A DNA stretch of 64,000 bases, taken from contig JACOWZ010000003.1 in assembly GCA_016176525.1 (NCBI GenBank), positions 385,000 through 448,999 of the forward strand, in the 5' to 3' direction. Positions 28,293 through 36,993 of the stretch are shown one piece after another. Made by a program: the position numbers and the translations under genes. Source of the stretch: Candidatus Colwellbacteria bacterium (lineage in GTDB: Bacteria > Patescibacteriota > Minisyncoccia > UBA6257 > Colwellbacteraceae). Below the pieces are notes generated by a model. It made no database searches and was not told where the DNA came from. It saw nothing but the letters and a program-made list of their open reading frames with translations. Numbering within the stretch: position 1 is the stretch's first letter; each line of letters starts with the position of its first letter.

Positions 28293-28983
28293 AGTTGGTA
28301 TACAGAAAAAGTGGAGTAAATTTAAACACCGCGTAGGGTTGTTCAATCACGTGCCTTTTGTTGATTTTGCTTTTGCGGCGGGGAGTATGGCGATGGGCTC
28401 GGCGCGCGAGGATTCGGATTTTGACGTAATAGTTGGTGCACGGCACGGCAGAATTTTTACAGTGCGCTTTTTTTCGCATTTATTTTTCGCCTTGCGCAAA
28501 TGGAGAGCAACCCATAATTCAGATTCTCACTTAGGTGTTATGATTAATCATAACACCAGATCTAAAACTGCAGATAAAATATGTTTAAATCATTTTGTAA
28601 CGCCAAAAAGCTATAAATTCTCACCGCCATATAACGAATATTGGAATAAACTGTATTCAAACCTTGTGCCCTTACTCGGAAACGAGCCGGAGATAGAAAA
28701 GTTTATAGATATGAACGATTGGGTGCGGCCGGAGAGAAAATATATGCGCAGCCCTTTCCATGAGAATTTTAAGCCATCGCGCATACGAAAGTTTTTAGAG
28801 CGCGCACTCTCCGGGCCGTTTGGAGACTATATTGAAATAAAACTAAAAGCTTTCCAGATAAAAAGGATAAAGAAAAGCGCGAGTGATCCATCACACTATA
28901 AACCGCGCATAATTTATAGCGACGACGAGCTGGAGTTCCATCCGGATACCAAGAGAATTGAAGAAATACTTACTAAAAAGTAG
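28285..28983 (+). CDS. Nucleotidyltransferase-domain protein (Pol beta superfamily); overlaps the rmuC stop by 8 nt
   Basis: GSMAMGSAREDSDFDV (GS...DxD) NTase motif; contains the in-frame GVMINHNT palindrome insert. Confidence 0.6.
   Translation: MNKVGIQKKWSKFKHRVGLFNHVPFVDFAFAAGSMAMGSAREDSDFDVIVGARHGRIFTVRFFSHLFFALRKWRATHNSDSHLGVMINHNTRSKTADKICLNHFVTPKSYKFSPPYNEYWNKLYSNLVPLLGNEPEIEKFIDMNDWVRPERKYMRSPFHENFKPSRIRKFLERALSGPFGDYIEIKLKAFQIKRIKKSASDPSHYKPRIIYSDDELEFHPDTKRIEEILTKK
28534..28557. repeat. 24-bp palindrome copy C (GGTGTTATGATTAATCATAACACC), in-frame inside the NTase gene
   Basis: Read directly. Confidence 0.9.
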
Positions 28984-29031
28984 GAATTCTAAATATGTTA
29001 CACTACTTATTAGTACCTTAGAGGTGTTCAT

Positions 29032-29637
29032 TTGAAAAACAAAGGAAGGATTATCGGATCGTCGCCGGCTGCCGACTTTAAAAATAGCACTGCGTGGGCG
29101 AATATAACTTGGCACATGCTTGATGACAAACCCTTTGGCAAACCATTTGTCGCGTCGTTCGGCTGGCGTAATGCGATGGCTTACATCTACAGTAAGACGG
29201 CATGCGACGCTCTTGTGTCGCAGTGGTGGAAGAAGAAGCGAGACCCTACAAGCCATGAAAGAAGAAATATCATTCGCCGGGAACGTCGGGACGGTTGGCG
29301 TACGGTGATGGTAAAGCTTGTTCCACTCCAGAAAGGCGAAGGCAGGCGTTCAGAAACCGACTTTTTGGGGGAAACTGGAATCGCTTGGGTGAACATTAAC
29401 ACACCCAGTCCAATCTGGCCGAACGAGAAACCGGGTGTCTGTGACGGATTCATAACAGGTGGTCCGGCAGCATTTGGCACTCGCAACGGCGCGATTGATT
29501 CCGCTATACACTGGCGCTGGTACAAGAAACGCAAGCCCACTGCCGCCGATAGGAGAAAAATTCTAGCTGGACTCCGCCGCGAAGGCTACCGCACTATTAT
29601 GGTAAAACTTGTGCTGGTAAAGCCACTTGAGCCTTAG
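29032..29637 (+). CDS. Hypothetical Trp/Arg-rich protein with an internal duplication; higher GC than its surroundings
   Basis: Two homologous halves ending ...WWKKKRDPTSHERRNIIRRERRDGWRTVMVKLV and ...WYKKRKPTAADRRKILAGLRREGYRTIMVKLV; about 50% GC. Confidence 0.5.
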   Translation: MKNKGRIIGSSPAADFKNSTAWANITWHMLDDKPFGKPFVASFGWRNAMAYIYSKTACDALVSQWWKKKRDPTSHERRNIIRRERRDGWRTVMVKLVPLQKGEGRRSETDFLGETGIAWVNINTPSPIWPNEKPGVCDGFITGGPAAFGTRNGAIDSAIHWRWYKKRKPTAADRRKILAGLRREGYRTIMVKLVLVKPLEP

Positions 29638-29660
29638 GAAAATTCCTAAGGCTTTTTATT
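29631..29660 (+). terminator. Rho-independent terminator (GCCTTAGG-loop-CCTAAGGC + TTTTTATT)
   Basis: Read directly, overlapping the stop of the upstream ORF. Confidence 0.6.
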
Positions 29661-29731
29661 AAAATGGTTTGACAATTAAGTCTTAGAGTTATATTCTCTC
29701 GACCAGAACCCTAAAAATAGGAGGAATTGAA

Positions 29732-30115
29732 TTGGTTCAAAAAGTAAAACTCAGAGTTCCTAGGGCTGCAGAATATTCTGCTATTATGGGGACTCTAAAA
29801 GCGCTAAGCAACGAAACCAGATGCATGTTGCTGGCACTACTTCTTAAGGCCGGCAAAGACGGCCTACGTACGAATGAGCTTGCGAGTAAGGCTGGGATAT
29901 CGCAAAGTCTTACTACTAAACACTTGATGCCACTTACGCAGACACTCTTAGTTGTTAACTATGTTAAGAAGATTAAGGGTGAGCGTCCCATTGCGAGCAT
30001 TTACTATGCATCTACAGAGGGTGAAAAGTGGTTCCGCAAGCTTCGATTCTTGCAAGATGGCGGCGTTTTACTCCCTCTTCTTCCTGAAATCCAAAAGATA
30101 GCCTCACGAACGTGA
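29732..30115 (+). CDS. Winged-helix transcriptional regulator (ArsR-like), TTG start
   Basis: AGGAGG SD 7 nt upstream of TTG; NETRCMLLALLLKAG...LRTNELASKAGISQSLTTKHL HTH. Confidence 0.5.
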   Translation: MVQKVKLRVPRAAEYSAIMGTLKALSNETRCMLLALLLKAGKDGLRTNELASKAGISQSLTTKHLMPLTQTLLVVNYVKKIKGERPIASIYYASTEGEKWFRKLRFLQDGGVLLPLLPEIQKIASRT

Positions 30116-30126
30116 GGTTTTTTTAT
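30102..30126 (+). terminator. Rho-independent terminator (CCTCAC-GAAC-GTGAGG + T-run)
   Basis: Read directly. Confidence 0.55.
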
Positions 30127-30173
30127 TCTTTTTTCACTAGCCACTAATCACTAGTCGCTATATACTTATTTCT

Positions 30174-32321
30174 ATGTTACTAAAGCGCTTGGAATTACAG
30201 GGGTTTAAGTCTTTTGCCGAGAAGACCGTTTTGGATTTAAACACACCCGTTACAGCAGTTGTTGGTCCGAATGGCAGCGGCAAATCTAATGTGACGGATG
30301 CCATCCGCTGGCTTTTAGGCGAGCGCGAAGCGCGCCATTTGCGGGGCGCAAAGGTAGAAGACTTAATCTTTGCAGGCACCGAAAAAAAGGCCCGCATGGG
30401 CCAAGCTCAGGCGACGCTAATCTTGGATAATTCGTCTGGTTATTTCCCCGTTGAATATGCAGAAGTGTCTGTTTCGCGCAAAATAAACCGTGACGGGGAT
30501 TCGCAGTTTTTTATAAACAAATCCGAAGTGCGGCTTAAAGATATTTTAGACTTTTTTGCAAAAACTCGCGTGGGTGCTAGGGGGCTTACAATAATTAGCC
30601 AGGGCGATAGCGATATGTTTTTGCGCGCGACCCCGGAAGAAAGGCGGGAGATGATGGAAGAAGTTTTGGGCCTAAAAGAGTACCAGTTGCGCAAAACAGA
30701 GAGTGAAAAGAGGCTTAAGACTACGCTTGAGAACTTAGACAAAGCCTCTGCTCTTATAGAAGAGATAAAGCCGCATATGCGGTTTTTGAAAAAGCAGGTG
30801 TCGCGCTACGAGAGCCGTGAGGTGCTATCGCACGAGCTAATGGATTTGGAGAATAATTTTTATGGCAAGAGGTTAAAAGTTTTTAGAACAGAGACTAAAA
30901 ATCTTAACACGCAAAGAGAATTGTTGGAGGCGGATATAAAACGCGAGGAAGCGAACTATAAAGAGCTTGAAGAGAATTTAAACAAAATTAAGGAGAGCGA
31001 ACCGAAAGAGGAAAAGGCAGTGGAAACCGATGATAAAGAGCGTGAAAAACTTTTGGCGCGCAGATCTGAGCTATCGCGCAGCTTCGGCAAAATTGAGGCG
31101 CAGTTAGAATTTGAAGCGGGGCAAAGAGCTGTTAAGAACGCCGGCGTAGACTTCGCCGCGCTTTTAAAGGAAGTAAGGGAAGTTGCGTACGCGCTGTTGC
31201 AAGAAACTGAAATCCAAAATATTTATACAAAGCTAGGTACTATTGTCAAAAAAATAGACGAAATTTTTACAGATGGCGATAAAGCGCAGAGCAAGGCTCT
31301 TATTGAGGCGCAAAATAAATTAGCAGGGGAGCTTGCCCGACTAGACAAAGAGATTAAAGATATAACGAAGCGTGAAGAAGAAGAGCGCTCACGCATGCTA
31401 AGTTTTAGTAAAGACTTTACCGATGCTTACGAAAAAGCGGAAATGCAGAGAAAAAAACTGGAGAGTGTCAAACAAGAAAAACAGAAAACTCAGTTTGCGA
31501 TAGAAAAAGTAGAGCTTCAGACGTCTAACTTAAAAGAAGAGTTAAGCCAGATTGGGCGCACACTTGAATCTATTGAAAATTTTGCAGTTACCGAGATTAG
31601 TGCTTTAGATGAAAATACTGCAATAAAACGCATGTATCGTCTGCGTGGAGAGCTGGCGGGTATTGGCGAGTTGGATGAAAATCTACTTAAAGAAGCGCGC
31701 GAGACTGAAGAAAGGCACACATTCTTAACTTCGCAGGTAGAAGATTTGCAAAAAGCCACAAACGACCTAAAAACTCTTATAAAAGAACTTGATGAGAAAA
31801 TTAAGCACGATTTTACGGATGCGCTAAAGTCAATAAACAACGAGCTAACAAGTTTTATGACTCTTATGTTCGGCGGAGGCAGAGCGAAACTTGTGGCGAA
31901 GCAACTAAATAACGAAATAATAGAGCAACAAAATAACAAGACAGATGTAGAAGATAGCCGGATTGGTATAGATGTTGAGTTGTCTTTGCCGCGCAAGCGC
32001 CTAAAGGGGCTCGAAGTGCTCTCTGGGGGCGAGAGGGCGCTTGTTTCTGTGTCAATACTTTTTGCCCTTATTTCTGTTAGCCCGCCGCCGTTTTTGGTGC
32101 TTGATGAGGTTGACGCACCCCTTGATGAGGCAAATGCCAAGAGGTTTAGCAATATTATTCGCGATATGTCTAAAAAAACGCAGTTTATTATTGTTACGCA
32201 CAACCGCGCAACTATGGAAGCTGCAGACTTTCTGTATGGAGTTACTATGGGGGCAGATGGCGCTTCGCGTGTTTTGTCACTAAAGTTGGAGGCGGCAAAA
32301 GAAGCTGTTGCGGCGGCATAG
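30174..32321 (+). CDS. smc: SMC-family chromosome segregation ATPase, unusually short (715 aa)
   Basis: N-terminal Walker A VVGPNGSGKSN; C-terminal LSGGERALVSVSILFAL signature with FLVLDEVDAPLD Walker B; coiled-coil middle; conserved synteny upstream of rpsP. Confidence 0.8.
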   Translation: MLLKRLELQGFKSFAEKTVLDLNTPVTAVVGPNGSGKSNVTDAIRWLLGEREARHLRGAKVEDLIFAGTEKKARMGQAQATLILDNSSGYFPVEYAEVSVSRKINRDGDSQFFINKSEVRLKDILDFFAKTRVGARGLTIISQGDSDMFLRATPEERREMMEEVLGLKEYQLRKTESEKRLKTTLENLDKASALIEEIKPHMRFLKKQVSRYESREVLSHELMDLENNFYGKRLKVFRTETKNLNTQRELLEADIKREEANYKELEENLNKIKESEPKEEKAVETDDKEREKLLARRSELSRSFGKIEAQLEFEAGQRAVKNAGVDFAALLKEVREVAYALLQETEIQNIYTKLGTIVKKIDEIFTDGDKAQSKALIEAQNKLAGELARLDKEIKDITKREEEERSRMLSFSKDFTDAYEKAEMQRKKLESVKQEKQKTQFAIEKVELQTSNLKEELSQIGRTLESIENFAVTEISALDENTAIKRMYRLRGELAGIGELDENLLKEARETEERHTFLTSQVEDLQKATNDLKTLIKELDEKIKHDFTDALKSINNELTSFMTLMFGGGRAKLVAKQLNNEIIEQQNNKTDVEDSRIGIDVELSLPRKRLKGLEVLSGGERALVSVSILFALISVSPPPFLVLDEVDAPLDEANAKRFSNIIRDMSKKTQFIIVTHNRATMEAADFLYGVTMGADGASRVLSLKLEAAKEAVAAA

Positions 32322-32360
32322 AGTTGACAGAGAGACGGTATAATGTAAGATATACCAACA

Positions 32361-32738
32361 ATGTTAGCTATTAAATTAAGAAATGTTGGCAAAAAACATC
32401 AGAGGTCTTTTAGGTTTATCGTAAAAGAAAAAAGATCTAAGGTGCAAGGCAAGTTTATAGAAGATTTAGGCTGGTACAATCCGAGTACCGATAAGTTTGA
32501 AGTAAACAAAGACCGCGCGGTGTATTGGTTGGGCGTTGGTGCAAAGCCGACTATGACTGTTGCACAGATCTTAAAGAAGTCCGGAGTTAAATTGCCAGAG
32601 GGCATTAAGACTTCTAGAACTTATTCTATAAAGAAGAAAGAGGAGGAGAAAAAGGAAGGGGTGGCTAAACCCGAAGCAGTTAACACTGCAGCAGAAACAA
32701 AACCAGAAGAACAGAAAAAGGTCGAGGAGAAAAAATAA
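32361..32738 (+). CDS. rpsP: 30S ribosomal protein S16 with Lys/Glu-rich C-terminal extension
   Basis: MLAIKLRNVGKKHQRSFRFIV...GWYNP...WLGVGAKPT matches S16. Confidence 0.9.
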   Translation: MLAIKLRNVGKKHQRSFRFIVKEKRSKVQGKFIEDLGWYNPSTDKFEVNKDRAVYWLGVGAKPTMTVAQILKKSGVKLPEGIKTSRTYSIKKKEEEKKEGVAKPEAVNTAAETKPEEQKKVEEKK

Positions 32739-32759
32739 TCAGAAATTCTAAAATCAGAA

Positions 32760-33104
32760 ATGGCAGTTGAGCAAGATGAAAAGTTTTTGGAGTTTGTAGT
32801 AAAGTCCATCGTTGACAATCCAGACGATGTAAAAATTGAAAGGAAAGTTGACGAAATGGGAGTGCTACTCACTCTAAAGGTGAACTCTAAGGATATGGGG
32901 CAGGTTGTTGGCCGCGAGGGCAACACAGCCAAGTCTATTCGCTCGCTTCTGCGCATAGTTGGCATTAAGCACAATGCCCGCGTTAATTTAAAGATTGACG
33001 AGCCGGATGGCGGCAGAGGTCCGAAACCAAGAGAAGAAAAGTCAGCGGACACCAACTTGGGTTCAGTCAATAAAGTGATTGAAGATATAAAAGATGTAGA
33101 ATAA
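32760..33104 (+). CDS. KH-domain RNA-binding protein (YlqC/UPF0109-like)
   Basis: GQVVGREGNTAKSIRSLL KH GXXG-type motif; positioned between rpsP and trmD as in Firmicutes. Confidence 0.8.
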   Translation: MAVEQDEKFLEFVVKSIVDNPDDVKIERKVDEMGVLLTLKVNSKDMGQVVGREGNTAKSIRSLLRIVGIKHNARVNLKIDEPDGGRGPKPREEKSADTNLGSVNKVIEDIKDVE

Positions 33105-33109
33105 AAAAA

Positions 33110-33136
33110 CCGCCCCCACCGGGGCGGTTTTTTTTA
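33110..33136 (+). terminator. Rho-independent terminator (CCGCCCC-CACC-GGGGCGG + T8)
   Basis: Read directly. Confidence 0.7.
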
Positions 33137-33151
33137 TACTATAATACTATT

Positions 33152-33820
33152 ATGCAATTTGATGTAATAACCCTATTCCCAAAGGTTTTAGAGCCGTATT
33201 TAAATGAATCTATTTTGGGCCGGGCGGTTAGGAATAACTTAATAACCGTAAAACTACATAACCTACGTAACTTTAGCAGAGATAAACACAAGAAAGTTGA
33301 TGATAGGCAGTATGGCGGCGGGCCGGGGATGGTATTGCAAATTAAACCTATAATAACTGCGGTAACAAAGGTAACAGTCAGCAAAGTAACAAATAAACCT
33401 AAAGTAATTATTTTTTCGGCGGCTGGTAAGCAATTTGATGACAAAATGGCGCGGAGATTTGCAAAGGAGAAAAGCTTAGTGCTTGTCGCCGGCCGGTATG
33501 AGGGAATTGACGCGCGTGTACTGAAAATATTAAAAGACCAAGGTTATAAAGCAGAAGAAGTTTCTATTGGTCCATATATACTAACTGGCGGGGAGATTCC
33601 TGCGCTTGCTGTGATTGATGCGGTAGCTCGCAAGATTCCCGGAGTACTGGGCAAAAGCGAATCCTTGGAAGAAAAGCGTTTTGGCGCAGGCGTGCCGGTT
33701 TACACACGGCCAGAGGTATTTGAGTATAAGGGTAAAAAGTACAGGGTGCCTAATGCGCTTTTATCTGGGCACCATAAGAAGATAGAGGAATGGCGCACCA
33801 AAAAGCGCAAATTGACCTAA
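33152..33820 (+). CDS. trmD: tRNA (guanine37-N1)-methyltransferase TrmD
   Basis: MQFDVITLFP N-terminus, GRYEGIDARV, ILTGGEIPALAVIDAVAR SPOUT motifs. Confidence 0.9.
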   Translation: MQFDVITLFPKVLEPYLNESILGRAVRNNLITVKLHNLRNFSRDKHKKVDDRQYGGGPGMVLQIKPIITAVTKVTVSKVTNKPKVIIFSAAGKQFDDKMARRFAKEKSLVLVAGRYEGIDARVLKILKDQGYKAEEVSIGPYILTGGEIPALAVIDAVARKIPGVLGKSESLEEKRFGAGVPVYTRPEVFEYKGKKYRVPNALLSGHHKKIEEWRTKKRKLT

Positions 33821-33852
33821 TTTGTAAATTGATATAGTATTATCCATACTTT

Positions 33853-34686
33853 ATGGTTAAAAAAGATACAGCTTTGGAGAACGAAGTTTCGGACGATGTA
33901 AAATCTGCAGAGTCCGAAATCGCGCTTACATCCGACGAAGAGAATCAAATTCGCCAAATGGTTGAGGCCGGGGTTTTTTATGGATTTTCAAAATCCAAAA
34001 CGAACCCAAAGATGAAGCCGTATATCTTGTCTAACAGGTCTGGAGTAGAAATTATTGATTTGCGGCAGACTATGCATTTTTTGCAGACTGCGGCTCTTGC
34101 TATAAAAGAAAAAATTGCAACTGGGGCTAAGGTACTTTTCGTTGGCACAACGCCTTCAGCTAGAAGCTTTGCTAAGGCATTTGCGGAACGCAATGGTATG
34201 CCCTATGTTGCAGAGCGCTGGCTTGGCGGCACCCTTACTAACTTTAAGACTATCTCTGAACGCATAAAGTATTTTAGAAAACTTAAAGAAGACAAGGCGG
34301 GTGGCAAACTGCAAAAATATACAAAAAAAGAAAGATTAGAAATAGATGAAGAGCTTATAAAACTAGAAAGGCTCTTTAAAGGAATTGACGAAATGGATCA
34401 ATTGCCGGGTATGCTTGTAATAACCGATACCGTGCAAGAGGTGACTGCAGTTAGAGAAGCGCGTAAAGTTAAAATTCCGTCTGTTGGTTTTGTAAATACG
34501 AATGGCGACCCGAAAGCGGTTAATTACCCTGTGCCCATGAACAACAGAAATCCCAAGAGTGTAGAGTTTATGTTTTCTTATCTTGAAAAATTTGTTGAGG
34601 AAGGTAAGCGAGATGCAGAGACTAAATTGCGAAAAGAGGCTATACAAGCATCAAAACGAGACGAAGGAACAAGGGAAAATGTTTAA
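33853..34686 (+). CDS. rpsB: 30S ribosomal protein S2
   Basis: AGVFYGF...KMKPYIL N-terminus, [10 protein letters not shown] motif; followed by tsf. Confidence 0.85.
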   Translation: MVKKDTALENEVSDDVKSAESEIALTSDEENQIRQMVEAGVFYGFSKSKTNPKMKPYILSNRSGVEIIDLRQTMHFLQTAALAIKEKIATGAKVLFVGTTPSARSFAKAFAERNGMPYVAERWLGGTLTNFKTISERIKYFRKLKEDKAGGKLQKYTKKERLEIDEELIKLERLFKGIDEMDQLPGMLVITDTVQEVTAVREARKVKIPSVGFVNTNGDPKAVNYPVPMNNRNPKSVEFMFSYLEKFVEEGKRDAETKLRKEAIQASKRDEGTRENV

Positions 34687-34688
34687 AA

Positions 34689-35135
34689 ATGTTTAAGGCA
34701 GAAGACGTCCAAAAACTTAGAGCCCAAACCGGCGCCGGTGTTATGGAGTGCAAACGCGCCCTAGAAGATGCTGCTGGTGATTTTGATAGGGCTGTGGAGT
34801 TAATACAAGAAAGAGGGTTTACTAAGGCAGAGAAAAGAGCAGGCAGGTCTGCAAGTGCTGGGTTGGTGCACTCTTACGTGCACAACGGTAGGGTTGGCGT
34901 GCTTTTGGAGTTGAATTGTGAAACGGACTTTGTTGCTAAAAACGAAGAGTTTAAAAATCTTGCACACGAGCTTGTAATGCAAATCGCAGCTATGAATCCG
35001 CAAGATGATAAAGAGTTTTTAGAACAGGAATATATTAAAGACAGCTCAATTACAATTAAAGCGCTTATAAAAAGCGCAATAGCAAAAATAGGAGAGAATA
35101 TTAAAGTAGGCAGGTTTATCCGTTACGAGTTATAA
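34689..35135 (+). CDS. tsf: Elongation factor Ts (short form)
   Basis: [33 protein letters not shown]-like N-terminus; dimerisation core. Confidence 0.85.
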   Translation: MFKAEDVQKLRAQTGAGVMECKRALEDAAGDFDRAVELIQERGFTKAEKRAGRSASAGLVHSYVHNGRVGVLLELNCETDFVAKNEEFKNLAHELVMQIAAMNPQDDKEFLEQEYIKDSSITIKALIKSAIAKIGENIKVGRFIRYEL

Positions 35136-35142
35136 TAACTTT

Positions 35143-35439
35143 ATGTACGATTTGTTTTTGCAGCTTGCGCTTATGTTTTCCCTTGGAGCTATAGTTTATT
35201 TAGTAACTATTGCTGTGCCGCGCGTTAAAGGCGGCGAGGAGTCTAGTCCTGTAAACGGCATTCTTTCTAAAGTGCCGTTACACAGGGTGGATAGCGCGAT
35301 AAGTAAATATCGCGACAAGTTTTTAAGAAGGCTTAAGGTTCTAATAATGAAGGCCGACAATATTGTCGGCAAGCGGCTACAGAAAGACAAAGACAGCGAC
35401 AACTTGAAAAATGGCTCCGATTCGCCTAAATTAGAATAG
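35143..35439 (+). CDS. Small membrane protein, hypothetical
   Basis: 98 aa, N-terminal TM. Confidence 0.35.
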   Translation: MYDLFLQLALMFSLGAIVYLVTIAVPRVKGGEESSPVNGILSKVPLHRVDSAISKYRDKFLRRLKVLIMKADNIVGKRLQKDKDSDNLKNGSDSPKLE

Positions 35440-35449
35440 CTGGAAATAA

Positions 35450-35533
35450 GGGCAGATGGCGGAGTGGTCAATCGCACGACGCTGTAAACGTCGCGGCTTT
35501 ATGCCTACGCAGGTTCGAATCCTGCTCTGCCCA
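35450..35533 (+). tRNA. tRNA-Tyr (GTA), long variable arm, no encoded CCA
   Basis: Acceptor GGGCAGA/TCTGCCC, anticodon loop CTGTAAA, variable arm ~14 nt, T-arm GCAGGTTCGAATCCTGC. Confidence 0.8.
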
Positions 35534-35684
35534 CAAATCAAAAATGGATTGTCTTGCGCAATCCTATTTTTGATTTATGATGGTTAGATTAAGACAGGAT
35601 TCGAAGACCGCAGCGAAATCCGCCAGCTGGCGGATGAGCGAGGGGCGGCCTGCGAGCGCGACGAGCGACGGCGAGGAGCGACTT

Positions 35685-35709
35685 GTAGGAGAATCCTGCT
35701 CTGCCCACA
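35685..35709 (+). repeat. Direct duplicate of the tRNA-Tyr 3' end (GTAGGAGAATCCTGCTCTGCCCACA)
   Basis: 19 of 19 nt identical to tRNA-Tyr positions ~35515-35533 plus flanking similarity. Confidence 0.8.
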
Positions 35710-35740
35710 GTTCGACTCTATGGAACCGTAATATAACTCT

Positions 35741-36331
35741 ATGACCAAACGTACTAAAAAGATTATTGATTTTTTGTACGAGATCGAGAAATTCAAACTC
35801 GTTGAAAGGCGGACATATTTGTCGAATCAAAAGAGGCATGAATCTGATGCCGAGCATGAGTGGCATATGGCGATGATGATTTGGCTTTTCTCAACTGTTA
35901 TAAAGAAAAAGTTTGATGTGTTTCATGCGATGAAACTCGCACTTGTGCATGACTTGCCGGAGATTTATGCAGGGGATACGTATAGGTTCGATCCTAAAGG
36001 CAATAATACAAAGAGAGCGCGTGAGGTGAAGGCGGCTCGCAAACTCTTTGCTCAACTACCTAAAGATTTAGATAAAGAATTCTGGGCGCTCTGGGATGAG
36101 TACGAAGAAAATAAAACTTATGAGGCTAGAATTGTGCATTTCGTTGATGGAACAAATCCAGGTATTCAGAATATGGTTTCAAAAGCCAAAGCATGGAAAG
36201 AGAATAAATTAGATAGGAAAAGCGTATTCAAGAGGAGAGATGAATTGCTTCAATATATCGACAGCAAAGAACTTAAGGATTGGCTCAATTCGTTAGTTGA
36301 TGAAGCTGTAAAAAAGAAGTATCTTATTTAA
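35741..36331 (+). CDS. HD-domain phosphohydrolase (YfbR-like 5'-deoxynucleotidase)
   Basis: ESDAEHEWHMAMM...LALVHDLPEIYAGD HD motifs. Confidence 0.8.
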   Translation: MTKRTKKIIDFLYEIEKFKLVERRTYLSNQKRHESDAEHEWHMAMMIWLFSTVIKKKFDVFHAMKLALVHDLPEIYAGDTYRFDPKGNNTKRAREVKAARKLFAQLPKDLDKEFWALWDEYEENKTYEARIVHFVDGTNPGIQNMVSKAKAWKENKLDRKSVFKRRDELLQYIDSKELKDWLNSLVDEAVKKKYLI

Positions 36332-36339
36332 GTAATTTT

Positions 36340-36411
36340 GCCGCCCTAGCTCAACGGCAGAGCAACTCTTTTGTAAAGAGTAGGTTGGGGGTTCGATTCC
36401 TCTGGGCGGCT
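36340..36411 (+). tRNA. tRNA-Thr (TGT)
   Basis: Acceptor GCCGCCC/GGGCGGC, anticodon loop TTTGTAA, T-loop TTCGATT; the T-stem has two G-U pairs. Confidence 0.7.
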
Positions 36412-36415
36412 CAAA

Positions 36416-36754
36416 ATGCCAAAGCAGGAGTTAATAAATTTAGAGCCAGAGAAACCATCTATAACAAAACTTAAAGAGGCTATATTTTCTTCTCCTGAAA
36501 AAATAGAGAGCGAGCTTGCTAAGGGCGGCAATGATTGGCTTGCTTGTTTTACAACAAGAGTGCAGGTTATAGAGGCGCTTTTTGGAAGCGCAATTAATGA
36601 TTTAGACGAGAGCGAAGACACGCGTTATAAAGAAAATATAGATTCGCTCAAAAAACATTTAGAAGAAGTTAGAGGGCGCTATCCTGTAGATGAAGAAGAT
36701 CCGCCGAAATATATAAAGAGCGAGCTTTTAGGTATGCTGGATATTTTGCACTGA
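36416..36754 (+). CDS. Hypothetical protein
   Basis: 112 aa acidic ORF between two tRNA-Thr genes. Confidence 0.4.
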   Translation: MPKQELINLEPEKPSITKLKEAIFSSPEKIESELAKGGNDWLACFTTRVQVIEALFGSAINDLDESEDTRYKENIDSLKKHLEEVRGRYPVDEEDPPKYIKSELLGMLDILH

Positions 36755-36779
36755 AGCATTTAGAATGTATTTACGCTTC

Positions 36780-36852
36780 GCCAATGTAGCTCAGTCGGTA
36801 GAGCAACTCCATGGTAAGGAGTAGGTCGCCGGTTCAATTCCGGCCATTGGCT
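36780..36852 (+). tRNA. tRNA-Thr (GGT)
   Basis: Acceptor GCCAATG/CATTGGC, anticodon loop ATGGTAA, T-arm GCCGGTTCAATTCCGGC. Confidence 0.8.
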
Positions 36853-36993
36853 CAAAATACAAAAGCATATCTTTATATTGATGGCCGAATTGAACCGTGG
36901 AAAGGGGTCGGGAAAACTAGTTTTCCCGTTGCGGAAATATTAAAACCGCAGGGTTTTAAAGAGCGAGTTGCTGTATAGCGACTCGCGACGTGA

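Noticed and set aside
28891-29256. 121-aa minus-strand ORF overlapping the GC-rich repeat-protein gene
   Set aside because: Antisense to an ORF with clear internal-duplication structure and its own terminator.
31517-32392. 291-aa minus-strand ORF inside smc
   Set aside because: Ser-rich low-complexity antisense translation of the Lys/Glu-rich SMC coiled-coil region.
35564-35866. Minus-strand ORFs overlapping the tRNA-Tyr downstream spacer
   Set aside because: They run through a GC-rich hairpin/palindrome-dense non-coding segment and into the HD gene start; interpreted as non-coding att-like or ncRNA region.
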